The notes under the pieces are model-generated. The model worked only from the letters and a program-made list of their open reading frames with translations. It did no database searches and was not told the DNA's origin. A stretch of 64,000 nucleotides of DNA, taken from assembly GCA_038065255.1 (NCBI GenBank), contig JBBTRI010000004.1, positions 15,080 to 79,079 on the forward strand, in the 5' to 3' direction. Below are positions 58,120-64,000 of the stretch, in pieces (the first letter of the stretch is position 1; each line of letters opens with the position of its first letter). This DNA comes from Patescibacteria group bacterium. Its GTDB lineage: Bacteria > Patescibacteriota > Patescibacteriia > JACQRZ01. A program made the position numbers and the translations under genes.

Positions 58120-59427
58120 TTAGGAGGTTGTGAGTTGTTTGGTTGCAAGGTATTCGTCTGCCTTAGCAATCCATTCAGTGAATACGGCACGGCGCTGGTC
58201 ATCTTGAGAAAGTACTTTGGTGAGTGTATTCTGGCAGATAAAGTGGATTTCCTGTGCACTCCTGTCCATATCTTGCCCAAATACTTCGAGTATATTAAGT
58301 GAAGATCGCACATACCGATCGACATGACTTTCGAGCGTTTGTTGCGCTTCGCGTGTACGGCTCTGATTATCAAGCAAATCTCGTTCTGATGCGGCTTTCT
58401 GGTCGTCCAGATTACGGAGTTGATCACGAAGTTCGCTCATCTTACTTTCGATATCTCTGCGCTGAGAAGCAGTCTGTTCTTCCATGACGAGAGCTGCCTC
58501 AATATCATCATGTGCTGTTTCAACAGCGCCCGTCTGATCAATCAAACCAATCACAAGTGTATGGAGATGCTCAACGGCGAGATGAGAAATCACATCGGTA
58601 AATCTATCGCGTTGCTCCATTGAAGCCTGTAGATCTTTACGCGCCAATGCGAGTTGATTGTTCAGCGAAGCAACTTTCGCCTCACTCTCATTCTTTTGAG
58701 CTTCGGCGGTTAAGGCACTACTTGCAAGCTTTTCAAGAATATCTCCCCAATTTTGGATAAAACTCATTTCAAGCCTGCACAAATCAAATAGACCAGTTAA
58801 AGATTCGATAGATATCGGCGGGGAAACAACCTTCTTGCCGTTGTACCTCGATGTGATCTGAATATATCTACTATCTCTGCAAGGTTTGATAGTCCCGACC
58901 AATAACCTGTGAGATATCGTACTAACGCCATTAAACACGTATATCTCCCCTTTTCCATTGGGGTCAAGAGGGATACTCCAGTATACATCCCGTGTTTTGC
59001 TGTCATTACTATGCGTTGGCTGATCCGAATTTGCTACTCGAATATCAGCTGTCTTTGAAAGTGTTGAGTGCCAAGCAACGCGGCCATAGCCTTTCGCTAC
59101 TTTCAGCTTCTTGAATTGAAACCAATTAAGGATACCTACTATAAAAGTCCCAATACTGAAGCTGACCGCAATGATTGGAAAATACTGATTCAAACCAAAT
59201 TGCATCGCTCCAAATAGTCCAAGTGCAATCACAGCCGCTCCGACAATCCATGGAAGGAAGAGGTGCCCAAATACTTCAAAGCGAGTGATGTTATCGGTGC
59301 GAATCATCCACAAACAGCCTGCGTTTATTTCACCGATAAACCTCTGTCGATCACATTTCTCCATCACATCAAGCATACTCATTGTCTTGACAAGGTCCTG
59401 TGTACTTTCATCAGAGTTCGTATTCAT
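58120..59427 (-). CDS. Hypothetical 2-TM protein with a long C-terminal coiled coil
   Basis: Two TM segments and a heptad-rich C-terminal half; TTGACA at 59474-59479; terminator AACCTCC/GGAGGTT at 58112-58129. Confidence 0.65.
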   Translation of the reverse strand: MNTNSDESTQDLVKTMSMLDVMEKCDRQRFIGEINAGCLWMIRTDNITRFEVFGHLFLPWIVGAAVIALGLFGAMQFGLNQYFPIIAVSFSIGTFIVGILNWFQFKKLKVAKGYGRVAWHSTLSKTADIRVANSDQPTHSNDSKTRDVYWSIPLDPNGKGEIYVFNGVSTISHRLLVGTIKPCRDSRYIQITSRYNGKKVVSPPISIESLTGLFDLCRLEMSFIQNWGDILEKLASSALTAEAQKNESEAKVASLNNQLALARKDLQASMEQRDRFTDVISHLAVEHLHTLVIGLIDQTGAVETAHDDIEAALVMEEQTASQRRDIESKMSELRDQLRNLDDQKAASERDLLDNQSRTREAQQTLESHVDRYVRSSLNILEVFGQDMDRSAQEIHFICQNTLTKVLSQDDQRRAVFTEWIAKADEYLATKQLTTS

Positions 59428-59600
59428 TGTTGTAATGTACGTCACCGGAAAACCTATCATGACTTCCTCTCTCTGTCAAGGAGGTATACTGCGCCCCAAA
59501 TTCACATCTCCTCTCGGTGCGATACATGAGTGAGCGTAATTCACGCAACTCCTGATATCTTTTTGTCTTTTTGTCTATACTTTGTTATGATTTCTATTAT

Positions 59601-59846
59601 ATGAAATCACGTCAAAAACATATCTATCACTTTCCTGTTATTATTGAAAAAGATGAGCATGGCTATTATGTAGGGAAAGTCCCTTCGCTGAAAAGCTGCT
59701 ATACTCAAGCAAAGACACTGCCGGAACTCTATAAAAGACTTCATGAGGTTATTGAGCTCTGTATTGAAGTTGAGCAAAAATTATTCAAAGAACCTATTTC
59801 TCAAAATGAATTTATCGGCGTGCATCAACTTGAATTCCGCGCATAG
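59601..59846 (+). CDS. hicB: HicB-family antitoxin (short)
   Basis: FPVIIEKDE.GYYVGKVPSL.SCYTQAKTL.EL...L.EVI.L. Confidence 0.88.
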   Translation: MKSRQKHIYHFPVIIEKDEHGYYVGKVPSLKSCYTQAKTLPELYKRLHEVIELCIEVEQKLFKEPISQNEFIGVHQLEFRA

Positions 59847-59851
59847 CACCT

Positions 59852-60088
59852 ATGCCGCCCTTTGTTCCCATTTCTGCTAAGCGCATGGTAAAAATACTGG
59901 TTCATTTAGGCTTTGAAAATATTCGAATCAAAGGAAGTCATCATTTTTTTCTCAATCCTATTTCAGGAAAAACAACAACGATTCCCATTCATGGGAACGA
60001 ATCCTTGAGTATAGGTATACTAAAAGAAATTCTTCGAGATATTGAAATCTCGAGAGAAGAATATGAAAAATTACGGAGAATGGTATAA
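59852..60088 (+). CDS. hicA: HicA-family toxin
   Basis: L...GF...RIKGSHH...TTIPIH...L.IG.LK.IL. Confidence 0.92.
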   Translation: MPPFVPISAKRMVKILVHLGFENIRIKGSHHFFLNPISGKTTTIPIHGNESLSIGILKEILRDIEISREEYEKLRRMV

Positions 60089-60090
60089 AA

Positions 60091-60114
60091 AACCATTGGA
60101 TTACTCCAATGGTT
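60091..60114 (-). terminator. Intrinsic terminator
   Basis: AACCATTGGA-ttac-TCCAATGGTT with an upstream A-run. Confidence 0.7.
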
Positions 60115-60126
60115 CGGTTCTGACAA

Positions 60127-60969
60127 CTACTCAGTGAGGCGGCGTGCTGTGCGGCCTTGGGCGTAGTCGTCTGTTTCGGAGCGCGCCTCTTGAATGGCGG
60201 CGCTGTTCTGCTCGATGCGCGACACGAGCATATGCAGCTGTGCCATAATCTCATCGCGCTTGTAGCTGTCTGTCGTAGCTACGGCGAGATCCGCTTCGAG
60301 ATGGCACAGTGTGTCGAGCGCTTCCTTGATGTCTACTTCATTTCTTTGCAGGCGTATCACGAGACCCTCGATGTTTTGAGCAGTTCTACGGGCATTCGCC
60401 TTCTCGAAGTCTTGACGATCCGGCTTCTGCCACTCAACTTGCTTCAAGACATGTTGCACGCGTTTGACTGCTTTGCGCAGATCTTGGCGTTCGCGCAACA
60501 GATTGGGGATATGGCTGTTTCCGAGCGAGTTGACTGATGTGCGAATGTCATGCCACTCGAACTCGGGTGCGATTCCCACCAGCAGCTTCGTCTGCCTGCG
60601 TGCATAGCCAAGGATCACACGATCGCTGGTCTTGATGCTAGCAACGAGCTTCTCAAATTGCTCCTTTGCAAGCATGGCTGCCTCGAGCACAAAATTTTCC
60701 ACTTCATTGGGATGAGTTACCCAATAAGTAATTCCAGCGATGAACGCGAGTATGGCAGCGATGGGCAGCCAGTAGATTGCGATAAAAGAAGTGACCGCGT
60801 TTATGATAGCGCCTATCAACCAACCGATACCGTAAAATAGCGCGCCACCACAAATCCCTATAGATATCGTAGTAATGCATCGTATAACATCAGAAGATTC
60901 TCTCTCAGTAGCACTCCACCCTGCTAAAACCCCTATTGCTATGCCAATGATTACAAATACTTCAAGCAT
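60127..60969 (-). CDS. Hypothetical 3-TM protein with a C-terminal coiled coil
   Basis: Hydrophobic N-terminus, helical C-terminus; promoter TTGACA-17-TATAAG (60996-61024) and GAGGT RBS. Confidence 0.7.
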   Translation of the reverse strand: MLEVFVIIGIAIGVLAGWSATERESSDVIRCITTISIGICGGALFYGIGWLIGAIINAVTSFIAIYWLPIAAILAFIAGITYWVTHPNEVENFVLEAAMLAKEQFEKLVASIKTSDRVILGYARRQTKLLVGIAPEFEWHDIRTSVNSLGNSHIPNLLRERQDLRKAVKRVQHVLKQVEWQKPDRQDFEKANARRTAQNIEGLVIRLQRNEVDIKEALDTLCHLEADLAVATTDSYKRDEIMAQLHMLVSRIEQNSAAIQEARSETDDYAQGRTARRLTE

Positions 60970-61069
60970 TGGTTACCTCAATGTACATAGAACTACTTAT
61001 AGCACAAAAACGCCCTTTTGTCAAGAGGGATATGCTATAAATACTTATGGTTATAATACAAAAAGCTCT

Positions 61070-61480
61070 TTACGTCATTACATGAATGCCATTCCGTTTA
61101 TAATCCCGATCAAAACTCAAGATGCCGGAAAAAGAATATGACTGCAGTAAGGAAATATTAACAACATCCACGAAACTTGTATTTTTTGAACGCTGCTTTT
61201 TGAACAGGTGTTGTGCAATAGAAAAGACATCTTCATTAATATACAAAAGAGTTGCGCCCTGTTCACCAATATCATCCATGAAATAACGCGCAGTTTCTCT
61301 CGATACTCGTTGGGAAAGAATCGTTACCGTTTCGGCATAGACAAACGATGAAAGAAAAACATGAAGTACGGAATCGTTCGCTAATGAAGCTATAATGTTT
61401 TCTGCACGATTGTGATTGGTATCGCTCTTGCTGTACAATGCTATCCAGAAATCAGAATCAACAAGAACGCTATGCTCCAT
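61070..61480 (-). CDS. vapC: PIN-domain toxin (VapC)
   Basis: VLVDSDFWIAL...D.NH..A...VYAE...SFVD...SFDRDY. Start at MEHSV. Confidence 0.88.
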   Translation of the reverse strand: MEHSVLVDSDFWIALYSKSDTNHNRAENIIASLANDSVLHVFLSSFVYAETVTILSQRVSRETARYFMDDIGEQGATLLYINEDVFSIAQHLFKKQRSKNTSFVDVVNISLLQSYSFSGILSFDRDYKRNGIHVMT

Positions 61481-61718
61481 AGAGATAGTGATCATGCCGA
61501 GAAGAGAGATCTTTATGCGCTCCCTTTTTCGCATGAGTTTTTACGGCACGCAAAAAACCGGGAACATTAAACGATTTCTTTTTTTTCTCCTGAGCTTCTC
61601 TTGCACGAATCAACTCTCGAAAAAGCTCACTCGTACTGGCATATCCTCCGCTAGATACCAGAGTATTGACAGTCTTGATCGTTTGAGTAGGCAGGGAAAT
61701 AGTAAGAACTTTCCGCAT
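61470..61718 (-). CDS. Ribbon-helix-helix antitoxin (CopG/ParD-like)
   Basis: LTISLP...LVSSGGYASTSELFRELIR; C-terminal DLSSRHDHYLYG. Confidence 0.85.
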   Translation of the reverse strand: MRKVLTISLPTQTIKTVNTLVSSGGYASTSELFRELIRAREAQEKKKKSFNVPGFLRAVKTHAKKGAHKDLSSRHDHYLYGA

Positions 61719-61740
61719 AGATTAAAAGTAATATATAGTA

Positions 61741-61776
61741 TGTATGATATTGTACTACAAATTCATACACTGTCAA
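61741..61776 (-). promoter_or_regulatory. Promoter with an overlapping palindromic operator for the RHH-VapC operon
   Basis: TTGACA-16-TACAAT overlapped by TGTATGATATTGTA-C-TACAAATTCATACA (12/14 inverted match). Confidence 0.65.
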
Positions 61777-61783
61777 GCTGCCG

Positions 61784-62788
61784 TTATTGAAAAATCTTCT
61801 TCCCTTCGTCCCAATATGACGAATCACCGTATTGCTTCATCCAGTACCACCATTCTTCGCCCCAGAGATAGACTTCGCGGAACCCGACATCGCGCGCAAA
61901 TTGAATCCGTGCACGCATTTTTTCAAGAGGAAAATAGTTTCGAGCTTCATCGACAGACATATCCTGCACCGCTTTTGGTCCCCATGGTTCTGCCTGAAGT
62001 TCTGTAAAAATAATATCCTTCTTCCATGGAGATACCAGCCATGCTTTGAATTGGTAGTATCCCGGCCTAATGGGAAACGGGATATGTCCAAGATAATCAT
62101 TCCATGCCTCCAAGTACAAACTCGATCCCAGTATATCGCCATACCACGCCATTGGAATCCATGGTGTCCATTCGCCCGAGTCTGTCACCACAATCGGCTT
62201 ATCCGAAAGTGAACGAACAAGGTCTAGTTCTTTTTGCAACGAATCCAAGCCGAGCCAATTGGGGCAATCACCAAACGGAAAAACAATTTCGTTTTCCACT
62301 TGCCATTTTTCTACTGCAGGATGATCCTTATAGCGCTCAACAACGGCACGCACAAGCTTCAAGAGTCGTTCTTCGATTTCTTTTTTTGGCAAGGCACGCA
62401 CCCATGCAGGATCGTGGCATTCAGGCCAGCGGGGCAGTTTCCTTCCCACGGCAAGGAGAACTTTGGCATCCCTTTTTGCAGCCTCATCAAGCTGAAAATC
62501 AAGGCTGTCAAAATTCATGGTATCGCGCTGTGCTTCGATTTCGCTCCAATAGGCATTCAAGCGAAATTTTCGCACGCTAAGATCATCCAGAAGCGCAAGA
62601 AATGTTTGCCGCCAGTCAAGCCCAAGGCTTGCAGCATAATCAGTACTAAATGTTACGCCGAATATGACAGCGGTTTCTTTTTTTGTTGCCGGAAGGTTGA
62701 GGACAACAAGAAATGCGGCACCCAAAACAACAAGTGTCGCTAAAACAATTTTGACGCCTGCCAGTATGCGCCCACCCTTCTTATCCAT
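61784..62788 (-). CDS. Membrane-anchored clan GH-A glycoside hydrolase-like protein
   Basis: N-terminal TM; R...YWSEIE, GRKLPRWPECH.P.W, WQVENE (acid/base), TELQAEPW (nucleophile). Start at MDKKGG. Confidence 0.75.
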   Translation of the reverse strand: MDKKGGRILAGVKIVLATLVVLGAAFLVVLNLPATKKETAVIFGVTFSTDYAASLGLDWRQTFLALLDDLSVRKFRLNAYWSEIEAQRDTMNFDSLDFQLDEAAKRDAKVLLAVGRKLPRWPECHDPAWVRALPKKEIEERLLKLVRAVVERYKDHPAVEKWQVENEIVFPFGDCPNWLGLDSLQKELDLVRSLSDKPIVVTDSGEWTPWIPMAWYGDILGSSLYLEAWNDYLGHIPFPIRPGYYQFKAWLVSPWKKDIIFTELQAEPWGPKAVQDMSVDEARNYFPLEKMRARIQFARDVGFREVYLWGEEWWYWMKQYGDSSYWDEGKKIFQ

Positions 62789-62790
62789 AC

Positions 62791-63078
62791 CTACAGAACG
62801 CTTGCCTTTTTCTTTGCGCTCTTCGCTGTCCGCTTTGGCAGAGGCGCTTCGTCCAATCCTCCATTCCCGAAAAAATGATGCATGTGTTCGCGAAACAGCT
62901 GCAAGCGATATGCCACGTGCAGCATGGCAAATGCAACGATCAAAAATAGCAGCGCCATGAGGAAGCGCCAAAGAAATTCACTGATGATTACCAAAAATCC
63001 CAGTACAAAACAGAGTAAACCAAATCCAAAAAAAGTATGGATTGTCGCGCCGAGCTTTTTTTCAAAGAATTGAAGCAT
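62791..63078 (-). CDS. Small 2-TM hypothetical protein
   Basis: Two TM segments and a basic tail. Confidence 0.6.
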   Translation of the reverse strand: MLQFFEKKLGATIHTFFGFGLLCFVLGFLVIISEFLWRFLMALLFLIVAFAMLHVAYRLQLFREHMHHFFGNGGLDEAPLPKRTAKSAKKKASVL

Positions 63079-63128
63079 ACATTATATACATTAGTGAGAT
63101 TATTATGAAGTCTTGTAATTCATAGAAA

Positions 63129-64000
63129 TCATACAGCCAGCAGTGTTTCCTTCCCGATATCCCCTTCATGATCCCTTCCCGCTATCACCCGTTCAATATT
63201 ATACGTACCCATAATCGGCGCCTCCATAAAACCGTTGAGTGCTGCACGAGCAAGCCAACCGCTATTCACCCATTCAAAGAGCCATTCATCCGTATAGCGT
63301 GGATCGTTTTGGGATATGCCACCGGCAACCGTTTTCAACCAAATGCGGTTGAAATCTTCCTGTGAGCCAATCGACGGTGCCATAATAATCGGAAGTCCCA
63401 ATGCAGTATAAAATGAGAGTTCTGAAGGCTTGGTCCATAATATATCCGTCTCGCGCAATGCCTTATTGAACACAGCAAAATAATCATTTTTTGTTTTTTC
63501 GTAGATTATGGTAAGGCCCGTACCAAGCATTTTTTTGAGTTTCAAATCTCGAATAAGTTCAGAATATTGGTCAAGTACCTCTTTGCGTGTGCCTGCCACA
63601 ACGTTAAGCTTGATTTCTTTGGAGAGAATTTTCTGCCTCAGACTCTCAAGAATATGAATGCCGATATCACTCTGAGCGCCGGCACCACCAACAGCAAACG
63701 TCAATGTAAGGGGGCGTTTGGGCTTGCGAACCGGCATGAATTTTTTGCCAATGTGGTAGTTGATAATATGTCCAAACTTATGCCGCGTGAGTTTCTGCGG
63801 ATCGAGCATCACAAGCCTCTCGCCAAGGTCTTTTTTGAGAAGCGCCATGGAGTGCCCTCCGATATTTTCCTTTGGCAAAGGAAATCCAGTAAAAAAGATA
63901 TTTTCTTCCTTGACGCCATAGAGTTTGAGGCGTTCCGCAACACGCTTATTGGGCGCCAAATATTTGATGCGACTTTTTTGAGGATTCTTCGGAACCCACG
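63129..64000 (-). CDS. GT-B fold glycosyltransferase-like protein (partial; start outside window)
   Basis: Frame open to the window edge; TGFPLP, VGGAG, DILWTKPSE, ALGLPII...GSQE..N (MGDG synthase/MurG-like C-terminal pattern). Confidence 0.65.
   Translation of the reverse strand, partial: WVPKNPQKSRIKYLAPNKRVAERLKLYGVKEENIFFTGFPLPKENIGGHSMALLKKDLGERLVMLDPQKLTRHKFGHIINYHIGKKFMPVRKPKRPLTLTFAVGGAGAQSDIGIHILESLRQKILSKEIKLNVVAGTRKEVLDQYSELIRDLKLKKMLGTGLTIIYEKTKNDYFAVFNKALRETDILWTKPSELSFYTALGLPIIMAPSIGSQEDFNRIWLKTVAGGISQNDPRYTDEWLFEWVNSGWLARAALNGFMEAPIMGTYNIERVIAGRDHEGDIGKETLLAV

Noticed and set aside
38264-62743. Long antisense ORFs (e.g. 38264-38920, 50920-51543, 57402-58133, 62234-62743)
   Set aside because: They lie opposite well-supported genes and carry no recognisable motifs.

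Overview
Bacterial chromosomal DNA in the standard code, mostly coded on the minus strand. Short intergenic gaps, few Shine-Dalgarno sites, a tandem pilin array, Elp3 and His-only cupredoxins suggest Patescibacteria/CPR (Parcubacteria-like); this placement is an inference. From left to right the window holds: glycosyltransferases; a type IV pilus locus (pilD, five pilins, pilC); dciA; a UvrD/RecB-nuclease fusion; a Phd-VapC pair; a roughly 14.7 kb apparent operon; tatD-cvpA-metG; a ParB-like/sigma-factor island; uvrB/A/C; a Trm9-like/Elp3 head-to-head pair; thrC; a TPM protein, a large secreted protein and lemA; xseAB; HicBA and RHH-VapC toxin-antitoxin pairs; and a clan GH-A hydrolase. The apparent operon is the main finding. 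It runs atpEFHAGDC, then a six-gene Ehr/Hyf-type membrane complex, then a CsoSCA-like carbonic anhydrase, then a deoxyhypusine-synthase-like gene. The complex keeps its antiporter-like proton-translocating residues but has lost all four Ni-binding cysteines and three of four Fe-S cysteines. It is coupled by 3-nt gaps to the ATP synthase upstream and to the carbonic anhydrase downstream, and no carboxysome genes are in view. This makes it a candidate redox-independent, pmf-coupled CO2/HCO3- machine. Other notable items are a 182-bp TA-flanked palindromic MITE inside the split atp operon, an archaeal/eukaryote-type wobble-uridine modification gene pair with back-to-back ATGs, and a candidate ~100-nt structured sRNA. 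No rRNA, tRNA, CRISPR array, transposase or integrase was recognised. All functional calls come from motif recognition; no database search was run.
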